DNA from: Seison nebaliae | Lineage: Eukaryota | Length of the DNA stretch: 64,000 bases | Assembly: GCA_023231475.1 (NCBI GenBank) | Contig: JALJEE010002839.1 | Coordinates: 1-64,000 of the forward strand | Direction of reading: 5' to 3' | In this document: in pieces, positions 23,726-36,494 of the stretch | How the letters are laid out: each line of letters starts with the position of its first letter | Numbering within the stretch: position 1 is the stretch's first letter | Position numbers and translations under genes: made by a program | Notes under the pieces: model-generated | Seen by the model: only the letters and a program-made list of their open reading frames with translations | What the model was told of the DNA's origin: nothing | The model's database searches: none

Positions 23726-24357
23726 CACTTTTTAAAATTCTTTTTAATTAGCTAATTTTCTTTGGTTTGAAAATAATTCCTTTGAAAATTAAGTCCGACT
23801 GTTCTACTACTTTTGAAAGGTTTATTCTTTGAAAGACAAAAAAGAGCAGCTCTATTTCTTTCCTTTGGACAATTCTACTACTACTACAAATTATAAACAG
23901 TACAATTCCTCTTTCTTATTATTACCTAAAAATTAACTAAATTTCAATGTTAATTTTCAATAAAATTATTTCCAATGTACGAAAATTTGATAATTCAAAA
24001 GAATTGTTCAAAGACTGTTTGTGTTTGGAACTACATTTTGTTCGTGTTCATTCTGACAGCTCGAGTAGTTTTGAGAATAATTGAATTTGGAAAAATAATT
24101 TGAAAATGTTCTTATAAAACAATTTTTTAATGTTCGAAAAATCTCGTTTTTTACCCTGTTGACTGAAGAGGTGGTTGACACAAACACACACACACACAGA
24201 CGCATGTTAAAATCGAACTGAAATGATGAAACTGATTGTTTTCTCCAAATACTGTGATAAGATTAATTGTGAATTGAATATCAGAAAATAAAAAGAAGAA
24301 ATTTAATATAAGAAAATATTTATAATAATTTCAATTATTTGTTAATCAATCAATGGA

Positions 24358-25463
24358 TCAATAACAATAATTCTTAATGAATTCATTCATTGTCTTCGAG
24401 TTGTTTGAAACAGAAGATAAATATGTTTTCAAATAGAAACGAAATGGCTTCCTCATCGCTTCTTCACCGGTACCGTTAATGTTTATTCGATTGGAAATGA
24501 TAACAATTGACGTAAATTCTTTTTCGATAGAACGACCTTCACTATCCTTCCTTGTTTTTCCAGAAGAATTATAAATTAACTTTCTTTTACTTCCTGTCGC
24601 TCTTCGATTTGACAAGTTCATTTCTACATATTTAATATTCTTCTTCCATTCGATAGGTAGCCAATTTCTCTCATCTTTCTCATCATTCAAAATACCGTCG
24701 TCATTATCATCATTCGAAATATCATCATCATTTTCATCTTTATCATCCGTTAGACCTACATCTTCGCTAACACTAATTTTAATTGAATTATTCGTCACCG
24801 TTTTTACCATCGAGCGAATGCAAACGAATTTCATGTCAGATTGAATTGCCTCATAAATTTTATCTTTAGCTAAAAAGATTTGGGTACTTTTTAATAAATT
24901 TATTCTAATAATAATTATTTAAATTAAATTTTTAATTATAAAATTTTTAACTTGTCATGATCGATATTAGTTATATTTAAGTATGCACACAATTTACCTG
25001 GTCCTCTTCCTAATTTCTTTGATTCATCAACTTCATTCAAACAGTATATACTTCTCACCAACACAGCTGCCCCTTCTTCTACTTACACAAGAGAAAAACA
25101 ACAACAATTACTAGTCAAGTACAAAAAAAACTATGAACCTTTCGAAGAAATATTCATACAATTATAACTTCCATAAATTCGATAAACGTACAATGTGCCC
25201 GATGGAAGATACATTGATTCATTCCGTTTCGATCGATGTCCATTGTACGAATGACTTGCTCGATCATCTCCACCTGGGTATATCTCAACCTCAACTATTC
25301 GCGCATAAACTTATTAATTAGGATGATATTCTTTATTTTAAGAGTAAAATTAAACAGAACTTTTTTCTTCGTTTTCATTTCGAACAATAAGACATCCCAG
25401 TAATCGACGACTTAACTCGAACACATTAACATCATAGAAAGATTTATCAATTATTTCGCTCAT
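24358..25463 (-). CDS. MPG: DNA-3-methyladenine glycosylase (MPG/AAG family), 4 exons; only the last exon is in the ORF track
   Basis: Spliced product MSEIIDKSFYDVNVFELSRRLLGCLIVR...ARIVEVEIYPGGDDRASHS...[39 protein letters not shown]...GRGPGKLCAYLNI...SNRINI...RKPFRFY....SSVS. Confidence 0.9.
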
Positions 25464-26665
25464 ATTCTAATGATATTAATGTGGGTGAATGAACAACGAA
25501 ATCCAACTCACAAAAAAAATTTCGTCATCATAAAATTCCGAATTTTTCCTGACATTTTATGTAAAATCATCTTATTTGTTGTGCAATAATTCTTTAAGCT
25601 TATCACTTTGATTCATTTCGTTGGGACTTTGAACTATTGATCCGTGTTCAAAAGTGATTACACTAATATATATCGTGAACATATTAATCTTAATTATACA
25701 AAACCACTGAAAATTATTTAGTTTGTATTTAATTAATCCGAATTAATTTGATGAAATATAATCGATTAATATTGAAATGACTAAATAGTTAGGAAATTCT
25801 GTTTGGACAAATTCTGTTAATAATTGTTCCCAGTTTCGATAAAAAAAAACTATAAAGAAAACGACAACAATTTCTTAACATTCTATAAATTTGGGACTGC
25901 ATATTTTCATAATTAACATCGAATGATCTCACTCTGGTGAGTAATGAAATGAATAAAAGTTTTCTTTTTATTCGGCTGCGAAAGAATCCCCAATGAACCG
26001 AACGATATTTTAATTATTATATTCGTTCATTTTTCAAAGGGTGTATCCGTCATTACTCGAAATAGAGTTCGAATTCTTGATAAAATGACTAATTCAGAAA
26101 ATTCAGAGTTTTGAAAATTATCATAAGACATATCTGAATGAAATTCTAATTGGCTGAGAACGTGAGTATGTACTAATAAAATCTGAATCTCTGAGAGTGA
26201 TATGATTTGAAGAAAATTGGAGAGCAAATGCAGTTTCATCCAAATTTACAGGAAGTTTCTCTCACCGATGGGAATTATTAAATTTAAATTAATAGTAGGT
26301 GTTCATTTATAACATTAAAAAGTCATGTTGTAACTCATCATCGGTATCAATAGTCATTTTTAAATAAATTTAAATAATATTAAAATGAATTGTATCAATT
26401 GTATTCAAATGTTGAAGAGTGTTGAATTAATGAGTGAAATGTTTCAAAGAAAGAAACATCACTTGTCATCAACAAAAAAATCATAATCTGTTGAATATGT
26501 AGAGAAAATTTTAATAGTTTTTGGAACATATATTTTTTTAAAAATTCCAAATTTCTTCTCTCGTTTTTTATTCGTTAATTCTACTTGACGTATGATTATT
26601 TAGTTGGTGATTAAAATATAGTTTTGTATTTTTTGTCAAAATTTTCTTTGAAGTTATTGAGAGAT

Positions 26666-28942
26666 ATGTTTAATTCCTTGGACATCTTATCAAAATTAAA
26701 AGAAAACAATGTTGTCAAATTTATCTTTAAATATTTTCACTCAATTACTTTGGTGTTGACACCGATTCTCTTTTCTCCTTTGCTCATCGTCCACAATGAA
26801 AAGGTTTATTTCTTTCCTTCTTCATCGGATCATCTTTGAAATATTTACAAAAAAGCTCTATCGGACATGTTACGTCACTGCAATTGTGGCGATTTTTTGG
26901 TTGACAAGAGCATTGCCACTTTCCGTTACCGGTTTATTACCAGCGGCATTAGTACCATTGTTAGGTATTATGTCGTCGAGAGATTTAGCAGCATTTTATA
27001 TGAAAGTTTCTTGTTGTGTAATTTAACAAATAATCAATTATATTTTATTGAAAGGATGTAACATTATTATTTCTTGGTGGATTGTCATTGGCAGCAGTTA
27101 TCCAAAAATGGAATCTTCATTATCGTATTGCTCTTAGTGTTTTGAAATTGGTCGGATTAAGACCACCAGCTTTACTCTTTGGTTTTATGAGCGCGACCGC
27201 ATTCTTATCCATGTGGATTAGTAACACGGCCACCGCCGCAATGATGATACCTATAGCTGTGGCAGTTTTACAACAATTGAAACCAAATAAAAGTTAATGT
27301 CTTCGAAATATAGAAATATGAATAAATTTTGTTTAGCTCATGTGAATTTCAATGAAGCGTTTGAAGTGAGTGATGAAGAAATGAATGAGTTTAACGACTG
27401 AATTAAACAATAAAATAAAATAAAATTATTTCTAGAACGACAAGTATTGAAAGTAACCAATTATCGAAGAATATGTCGGTAGCGGTCACAGAAATGGTGG
27501 AGGAGAATGTAAGAACAAATATTGATACTCAAGTAAAAGAATGGAGAAATTTGGGAAAGGCATTAAGTTTATCAATTGCATACTCGGCGAGTATCGGAGG
27601 AAGTATGACGATTATTGGAACCGGACCGAATACTGTCCTAAAAGGAGAGATTGATAAGTTTTCCTAGAATTTGAAATTGAAAACATTTTATTCTATCTAG
27701 AAATTTCCCGTCGAATGATTTGGGATTCTTAAAATTTATGTTATATTCAGTTCCAGTGGCACTTGTTCTTCTCTTGATCACTTGGTTCGTTCTCATACAG
27801 ATGTTTCTACCAAACAGGTTTGTCCATTTCGTCTCTCAACCATCTTCTTTCTCAATTCAATCGTTCATCATTAGCAACTTTTAGTTTGAAATTAAAGAAG
27901 AACAGTTTAAAAGATGTGAATATAAAACAATATCGGACAGAATCGGAAAAAGTGATAAACAGAAAATATGAAAATCTTGGTCCTATGAAGTTCCATATTT
28001 CCTTTTAACATATGATCGAATAATTATTGTTCAGTTGGCCAGAATATTGGGTAGCAATCTTGTTCATTTTCGTCATTATTTTATGGTTTTTTCGCGACCC
28101 ACAATTTGTACCTGGTTGGGCTGCAATTTTTCCTGTCGACGAAAATGGAAATAGGTTTTTTTCACAATTTTCCTTAATCCATCTACAAATAATTTCCAGT
28201 TATATGTCCGACACAACACCAGTTATCATAGTTGTGATTTTGACTTTTATCATTCCGGCAAAACCACCGAAATTTTTAAGAAAAACCACGATCAATACGA
28301 TACAAGATGATGAAGAAGATGAAGAAGAATCAAAGAAATTGATGAGCTGGTCTTTCCTTGAAAAGAATGTGCCTTGGGGTATAATTTTCCTATTAGGCGG
28401 AGGATTTATTATTGCGGAAGCGTCAAAAGTTCTCCATTGATTATTTTCCCAAAAATTCTAACTTATTTCAGCGAAGTGGATTAACCAAAGCGATTGGTGA
28501 TATTTTGGAAGCGAATTCAACTGAACAATATCAAACTTTATACTTGTTCGTCTTAATTTTATGTGTTGGATTGGCAACTGAGGTAACGTCAAACGTTGCC
28601 ATTTCTTCGATATCAATTCCGATTATGTTGGAAATAGCTCGACGAGAAAAGATATCGCCTTTATTCTACGCATTACCTTCAACATTAGCATCATCTTTAG
28701 CATTCATGTTTCCTGTAGCAACACCACCGAATGCCATTGTCTATTCGTATGGATACATCTCGTTGCCGGATATGGTCCGAACGGGCGTTATTTTGAATCT
28801 GGTAGGCTATGTCATAATATTAATTGGAAATAAGACTATCGGCATTTGGGTGATGGACATTCAACACGTACCCAGTTGGGCAACAAATGTTACTCATTCG
28901 GAAGCATTCGCATCTGCTTTCGCTACTGCCAATACAACATAA
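26666..28942 (+). CDS. SLC13A: SLC13-family Na+/dicarboxylate-citrate/sulfate cotransporter (Indy-like), 10 exons
   Basis: ALPLSVTGLLP, WNLHYRIAL, FLSMWISNTATAAMMIPI, AYSASIGG...IGTGPN, TEVTSN, FMFPVATPPNAIV. Confidence 0.93.
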
Positions 28943-29051
28943 AATTTAAATGTCGAATTTTATTTGAGAAAATTTGACGAAAATTCTATTAATTTCTATT
29001 CCTTTATCAATTCTTCGATATCTTCATTCAATTAAAATTAATTTAATGTAG

Positions 29052-30321
29052 TTATTCGTCGACAGTTGTTTGAGGATCGCTTTTGATACCTTCCCCACTA
29101 CCTGATTCATCATTCTCCTCTTTATCATCACTGTCGATGGTAGGTGTTTTAACACTATCCTAAAAATAATGATTATGGGAACGATGAAATTACTAAAATT
29201 AAATGCTTCAAAGACTAACATCATCACTTTTGTAATGGTCATCTTCGTCATCTTCATCTTCGTCGCAACTATCCTCCTTAAGTTCTCCAGTATAAATTTG
29301 AACAGCTTTCGGTATGATGATATCTCGAACAAATTCGGCAAAGAACCATTCGGTACGTAATGCTTCTAATTGTTTCATTCCCTCTTTTGTGTTAATCAAC
29401 TCACCGGCTAATCTGTCATTACCTTCAACTAATATATAAATATATATAGAAAGCTTACGTGAAAGTAGGTAATTTGTTAAATTAAACCGATCGTCTTTTT
29501 CTCAAAGAATTGAAAGAATGAACTCATTTTTGAAGAGACTCCATCACGGATTCCTGGTTTCCATTTAATATCGCAACACGTTGAACTGATGATACGCGGT
29601 CCATCATATCCCAATTCGTTACCTGGATCGATATCAATCTTCTTTTCATAGAATTTTTCCATTATCCGATTTTCGAAGAAGGGGTTCTCAGAAAACTCGA
29701 ATTCCAATTTAAACCCCTGGAAGGAGCGTGAAATTGAAATTTTAATATTTCATTTTTAACCTTTAAATCTTCCTCATTTATCCAAATACTACGGATATCC
29801 TTCAAGTAAGATAGGGGCGCTATATCATGATGATAGACGAATTCAGTAGTGAACGGATGAGAACATAAAACATCCATCCAAAATCCTTTGATATTCTCAC
29901 TATTCATCAACAAATTGTAACGACGTACTTGGTCGATATTAAATCCGTCTGCTTGACACTTATCTTCTTCCTCTGTTAAAATTTTCAAGGGAGAATATTG
30001 CTCCGCTACTTCACATTCCTCATCAGTCGGGTCGATAACACCGTTCAATATATCTGCCCGTTTGTTAAATAATGATTGAATCTCATCTCCAAATTCTTTT
30101 TCTAACACATGTACTTTCTTATGGAATGCTACCTCTTTGTGAGCGAATTCCATAGCTAGCTTTTTTGCCGCATTAATACGACGGCGTACTTTATTTGGCA
30201 TGCTAATATAAAACAGAAAAAAACGTGATGTGTTATTAATTAACGGAATGGTTAAGTGGAAAATATGAAAGATGAACCAGTCCAAGCGCAATGAAATGGA
30301 ATTAGTAATTTGGTTGTCCAT
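29052..30321 (-). CDS. NAP1L: Nucleosome assembly protein 1-like histone chaperone, 5 exons
   Basis: PNKVRRRINA, KRADILNG..DPTDEEC, IKGFWMDVL, LSYLKDI, LEFEFSENPFFEN, CDIKWKPG, SFFQFF, IIPKAV..YTGE, acidic tail. Confidence 0.9.
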
Positions 30322-30663
30322 TGTATGAATTCAAAATATGAAAAAAATGAAAAATATTCAAGTTTCAATTTGGATCTGTCTAACAATGACCGACTCTTAT
30401 ATATAGAAAAAAATGATTCTTAACCGTTTTCACAAAAAACGAAAAATGTTCAAGAGTGAAAAATATTCATAAAAAAATTCACCCATTCATTTAAATCTAA
30501 GCTATCAATTAGTTTCAATTCATTTAATTAAGTTAATTAATCGTTTTATTTTAATTTCATTTCTTCCGATTTCATAAAGAAAATTTTCCATAAAATATAA
30601 TTTAAAATCGTTTAATTTGAGTTAAAGAGCTTAAAAATGTTTACAAAAAAAGTAGAAAGTAAA

Positions 30664-30832
30664 GGGGGCGTGCATTTACGCACAATATACCTTGCATTGG
30701 ATACGAAAATTATATAGGGACGTGCAGTGGTCTATGCACGTTCCCTACTTCACAACGATGGAGACAGACGTCTCACGAAAGGTGGGGATCTCCTTTCACT
30801 GACCGTAATGAAGGAGATGGCTGAAACAATAT
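30664..30832 (-). ncRNA. Candidate structured RNA or small repeat, copy 2, intergenic
   Basis: Hairpins tagggacgtgca/tgcacgttcccta, gagac/gtctc, atctcctt/aaggagat; homologous blocks to 7684-7850; minus strand has ATAATTTTCG and a T-rich tract after the 3' end. Confidence 0.4.
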
Positions 30833-30909
30833 TCAATTGCTCAGATTTGGATTTGAAAAAAAAAATATATAAAGCGTAGATGAAGGAAAAATTATTTTTT
30901 TTGATTTGC

Positions 30910-31635
30910 CTAATGTATGTGCATCATATCGCCATCATCAGATGAATATGCGGAATCATTTTGAATTTCCCTCCCAATTGTCTCACCGTAATATGGTTTT
31001 TTCATGTGAATATGATCTTTTGTTGGAATGGTGATCCTGTGAGTTTCGATAGCATTCAGTTTCGTCGAACCATTCTCTGAATTGGGACGATATTTTCGAC
31101 GAAATCTTAATGGTTGATGTTCTGGTTGTGATAGAAGTACTCTCAGTCGTTGGTCTTTATGTATATTATTATTGACACTACTATGTTTATTTGTTGTACT
31201 TACATTATTTGTGTTATTATTACATTGTGATTGATATTTCTTTAGTCGTTGATATTGAATAGTTTCTTGTATATCGGGTACTGTTGGACTAACAACTTTG
31301 TTGTCACTCACTTTCTTCTCACACAAGTTCTTTATTATATGAGAAACGACTTCAACAATTTTAGCATTGATTTGATTAGCTTCTTCAGCTTGTTGGCGCT
31401 TTTCTCTCATTCTCTGCAATCGCTTTAATTGATAGTTACGACGGAGTTCCTTTTGAAAGAGGAAATTCTTACTCCCAGATCTTTGGTAAGCGATAGTATT
31501 GGCTTGACAGAATGGATCATTAAATTGGTTCATGTATCGGAGTTGTTTGCTGAACAGTTGTTGGAAATGATTGTCGTTAACGTCAGAATAATCGAAAACT
31601 CCATCGAACTTTCCTGGTAATGATATGGGATTCAT
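30910..31635 (-). CDS. Hypothetical protein (about 240 aa, N/Q-rich, predicted coiled coil); may have upstream exons
   Basis: Uninterrupted 726-nt frame in AT-rich DNA; tttcatccag acceptor just upstream; no family recognised. Confidence 0.6.
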   Translation of the reverse strand: MNPISLPGKFDGVFDYSDVNDNHFQQLFSKQLRYMNQFNDPFCQANTIAYQRSGSKNFLFQKELRRNYQLKRLQRMREKRQQAEEANQINAKIVEVVSHIIKNLCEKKVSDNKVVSPTVPDIQETIQYQRLKKYQSQCNNNTNNVSTTNKHSSVNNNIHKDQRLRVLLSQPEHQPLRFRRKYRPNSENGSTKLNAIETHRITIPTKDHIHMKKPYYGETIGREIQNDSAYSSDDGDMMHIH

Positions 31636-33756
31636 CAAGAAGGCTGGATGAAAATAAAAATTTGTGAAAATTGTGACTAAAACATTTTGCGTTGTGTTCG
31701 TTCGCTATTTATTTATCTATGTTTTGAAACGAACGCCAGACTGTCTGGGTAAAAGGAAAAGAAAAAATGTACTTATAATAGTCAAGGATGTTTATAGTTC
31801 TCTCATAATTTATTGGGAAAATAAATGTTTATATTTCCAAGGAGGTTATTATTCTCTTTTGACATACATGTACACATCCAACTTAATTCAATTATATATT
31901 CCTCTACACATATACAACCTAACATAAGTAAACAGAAATAGAAGGGAAAAATTCTTTATGTATATGATGGAGCCAAACTGTCTTCCGAATGAAATGTTAG
32001 GGTAAAATCTTATAGAACTGATCGGTCAAGTAGAGGAAACAAATAAATTTATTTGTTGTATATCCATCGCATATTATTCGTATATGAGGAAGTAGTTTCG
32101 TCCATATCATTAGGTTATTTTATTGTACAAATGTCCCATGTATTACATGGGGACTTTTATATTCGAACTATCGGATATTTTAATAAGAGATAATGGGGAT
32201 ACAGAAAAGAAATTAATTTAAATTATCAATGAAACAAAGCTTCATAATAATTCCGACCCTCCAATCCTATACGCAACAGTAATCATCGTAATATTAAAGA
32301 AATGTATATCTACTCACACACCATCTTACGAACGGAGATGGGGCATATTCAAATGTGGAAAGGACAATTTCATTTAAGGTAATTCATTTCATTTCTCTTA
32401 CTAATACCAAACGATTAAAGAAAAAACTTACCAAAGTCCTAACCATTCGATTACATCTCTCTGAATTATGCGACGATTATAATGTTGTTAGAATATGAAA
32501 AGTGATTGAATGAACTCAAACTATTTAACCCATTATTACGATTAATTTTAATGTTGGACCGATTAATTTGTAATAAGTAATCGTAATTTTAAGTCATGCT
32601 AAATTTATGATTCGCCTATATTTCTCACACTTCAATTGTCCTCTTTCTCCGATTATTCGAATAGAACTTATTATGAGATTATGAGATTATATTCAACCAA
32701 AAAATTTTTTTTACCCAATTGTACTAGACTTGTCGTCTCTTATTCCAGTTTGTTTCTGTCGGAATGGTTGCGAAAAAATTTTCTTATTCCAACTTATATT
32801 CCGAATACATTCATGTTAAAGGAGGGGAAATGTACTAATACTTTATAATATTGTTGTTCTGCTCGACTTTTGACGAGAGTGGGATATTCGTTAAGTTATA
32901 TCAATCATTATCCTTCAAACTTACCTCTAACTTTCGCAAACATCAATTTCTTCCACTCTCAATTATTGCTAGATGAATTTCCATTTTGGACATATGTTCA
33001 ATTTATCATTATTAATTATAATTAACAAGAATTATAGTTTCGTCAATTCTTCTAATTTGCTTTAGTTGCAGCGTAATTAATTCAGAATGTAATTCATCAA
33101 ATTACATGTTAACATTTATGGTTTTAATTTTTGTATTTTAAACTATTCTAATGAGAAATTAATGGATCATCATCAAATCTATTAAGCTTAAATTAAAGAA
33201 CTTGATTAACAAATCATTAAAATAGTTAATTGAATGAGGAAATAAAAGTAATCGATTAAATTTATTTAAAATTCATTTCCAAAATAATTTCTCTCTTTAC
33301 CGCAATACGGAACAATAAGTAATCATTAAATGTTATCAATCAAGTCATGCATTTAATGTGAGTTGTTCCATCAGTTCGAGAACGAGGGAAAATTTCAATG
33401 ACTAAATGAACTTAAAATGATTAATAAATATTATATTAATAACTTATGTATGCCTTAATGGAATGTATTGCCTTGAATTATTCAGAAGGTCATTCATTCT
33501 ACAATTTTCCTTTTCTCGTTCACATTTCCCAATTCTGTTTGTTCTTTCAAATTATGCCACACATACTTCATACAAAAAATTTCCTCATACAAACAAGGAG
33601 AAGAATTTGTCCACCGTGTTGAGTATGAGAAAAATATTTTTGTTTATCTATATTTTCCTTTTCTTCCTGTTCAAAAGAGTGAATTTACTAAAAACAAATA
33701 ACTTAAATGTCGTCATAACAAACAACATAATAAGAATGATAGATGAATAAACAAAT

Positions 33757-34521
33757 TCATAAGAGATCTTTATGTAATTCTCCAAATACCATATTCGGTT
33801 TCGTGTCAATCACTTGCTCTTTAATCTCTTTTGCAAGTTTTGTGAATTTCTCCGCATTCCCCTTCTCCTTCTCACCATTGGTCGTACCGCGACCTTCTCT
33901 CAACATTTTCGCCGCATTTATACAACAATAAATATTTCCTAAATGACAACCAGTTTTAGCAGCCGTTAATGCTTCTCGATCTAATTGATGACTCGTTTCA
34001 TTTTCTGAAATGACATTAACACTTTCCATTTGTTTCTTCAATTCTTCATTTTTTCGAAGATGATTGGCTTTTTTGAAATACATACCGAATAATCGAAAAC
34101 ATGAATCGGGCACTTCTAATTGACATGCCTTCCGATATAAATCGATCGCTTTCGCTTCATTCTTTTCCGAATAATCTTTATATCCAACTTGATGAAGCAA
34201 AGCAGCTGAATGACAAGATTGTGGGAAGTTATGACCACACGCTTTCTCATGGTATTGGAGAGCGGTCGATATGTCGATGTCGACACCTTTGCCGTTCATT
34301 AAACGATTGGCGAATGTGTAACAACTGTGAGGATAATCAAGTTCATCACAATTCTTCTTCATAATCTCTGCCGCTTTCTTATCATTTCGTTCAACATTCT
34401 CATAGTAATTAGCGAGTCGTTGACATCCGTCCGCTTTCTTTTCTTCATCACATTGAAATCCATATTCGATTTTTAAACGATTCAAATAATCTTTCAAATC
34501 TTCTTTATTCTTTATGTCCAT
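33757..34521 (-). CDS. COA7: Cytochrome c oxidase assembly factor 7 (Sel1-repeat protein)
   Basis: KDYLNRLKIEYGFQCDEEKKADGCQRLANY, KKNCD....SCY, repeated KAC...SC Sel1-like units. Confidence 0.9.
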   Translation of the reverse strand: MDIKNKEDLKDYLNRLKIEYGFQCDEEKKADGCQRLANYYENVERNDKKAAEIMKKNCDELDYPHSCYTFANRLMNGKGVDIDISTALQYHEKACGHNFPQSCHSAALLHQVGYKDYSEKNEAKAIDLYRKACQLEVPDSCFRLFGMYFKKANHLRKNEELKKQMESVNVISENETSHQLDREALTAAKTGCHLGNIYCCINAAKMLREGRGTTNGEKEKGNAEKFTKLAKEIKEQVIDTKPNMVFGELHKDLL

Positions 34522-34849
34522 CACTCCTCACCAATGAATGGACCATTAAAATATTTTTCAGTTTTAAATTTCCTCTTATTCGAATTGCAATGGAAAATAG
34601 CCAGAAATTTAAGAAGAAATATTAAAGTGACATAATGTACAAATAATGATTTATAAGTAATTGAAAAAATTCATCTAAAATTTGTTACTTTATTCCAACT
34701 AATATCATCACAAATCATATTCATGAGAGAAATGTGAATGAGGAAAGACAGTGGAAAACATGTTTGACAATTTTGAAAAAGTTGAATTGAGAAGAGAAAA
34801 AAGAGAAATATATTTGATGAAATTTAATTTAAATTCGAATTAATCTGTT

Positions 34850-36494
34850 TTAATATGACGATTTTAATGACTTTTCTCTCATCGTCAATTGTTGACGTTC
34901 TCTAATACGTTGTTCGATGTCCGATCGGAAATGTCGAATCAATCCTTGAACAGGCCAAGCGGCCGCATCGCCTAATGCACAAATTGATCTTCCTTCGATC
35001 TGTTTACTTACTTCCCATAACATGTCGATCTCATCATTTGTGGCATAACCGGAATCGAATCGTTTCATTACTTTCTGTAACCATGATGTCCCCTCCCTAC
35101 ATGGAGTACATTGTCCACATGATTCGTGTCGATAGAAGTCTAATAATCGTCGAATAGCTCGAATGATATCCGTTTGTTTATTCATGACAATAACAGCTGC
35201 TGTTCCTAAACCAGTTTCTGCTTGAATTAATGCATCGAAATCCATTAGAACATCATTACATACACTTTGTGGTATAATGGGAACGGAGGAACCACCAGGA
35301 ATAATTCCTAATAAATTATCCCAACCACCAATCACACCACCAGCATGACGTTCGATTAATTCTCTTAAAGGAATTGACATTTCTTCTTCCACCGTCATTG
35401 GAGTATTGACATGACCACTAATACAAAAGAGTTTCGTTCCATGATTATTCTTCCTTCCGAATGAAGCGAACCAATCACCACCACGTCTACAAATTGCTGG
35501 AGCGACTGCTACCGTCTCCACATTCGTCACAGTTGTTGGACATCCGAACAAACCGATATCAGCTGGAAATGGTGGTTTCAATCTCGGTTTTCCTTGTTTC
35601 CCTTCCAACGATTCAATGAGAGCTGTCTCTTCTCCACAAATATAAGCGCCGGCACCTCGATGAACATAAATGTCGAAATCATAACCAGAACCACATGAAT
35701 TCTTCCCAATTAATCCTTTCGCATATGCTTCTTGAATAGCTTGTTGTAGAACGACAGCTTCATTATAGAATTCACCTCTAATATAAATATAAGCTAAAGA
35801 AAATAATAAGAATTCATATCATATATAATAATTGAAATATTAAACCAGCACACGCTCCCATCGCTGAACCAGCAATGAGACATCCTTCAATCAATTTGTG
35901 TGGATCATGTCTCATAATTTCACGATCCTTACATGTGCCTGGTTCACCTTCATCAGCATTTATTACTAAATATTTTGGACGACCATCTGGTGGTTTCTTC
36001 ATAAAACTCCATTTGAGTCCTGATGGAAATCCAGCTCCTCCACGACCTCGCAATCCACTCTTCTTCACTTCATTAATAACCCAATCGGAACCTTTCTCAA
36101 TGATTTCCTTCGTCTTAAACCAATCACCCTATTTGAGAAATGTTCAGAAGAAATTGGAGAAAGAAAAAAGATAAAACTCTTTCCATCGCTCCCCTCAACT
36201 TCCAATCATGGCGACCATATAAATTAGTGAAAATTCGATCTTCATCTTTCAAATTACCGAACGACTAATTGGAAAATTATATAAATAAAAATCACTTCAA
36301 ACCAGATCAATCAATCACCAACCGTCTTTTGGGCATTAACGATCGATGAAACGGATAATTGTCGTACTGAAAATTAAAATTTTTGAAAAAAATAAATTTC
36401 TCATTTAATTCGAGTAAAATATTCAAATTTAACTTTGATTATTAGATATACATTTCACAATCGGTCGATGAACTAACAATTTCAATGTATGCAT
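34850..36494 (-). CDS. NDUFV1: NADH dehydrogenase 51-kDa flavoprotein subunit, 5 exons
   Basis: [82 protein letters not shown]. Confidence 0.97.

Larger units (their letters stand above)
22464..24061. mobile_element. Outer non-autonomous TIR element
   Basis: 33-bp inverted repeat with one mismatch: agctgtccgaatgaacacgaacaaaatgtagtt (22464-22496) versus 24029-24061. True termini and TSD not resolved. Confidence 0.65.
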
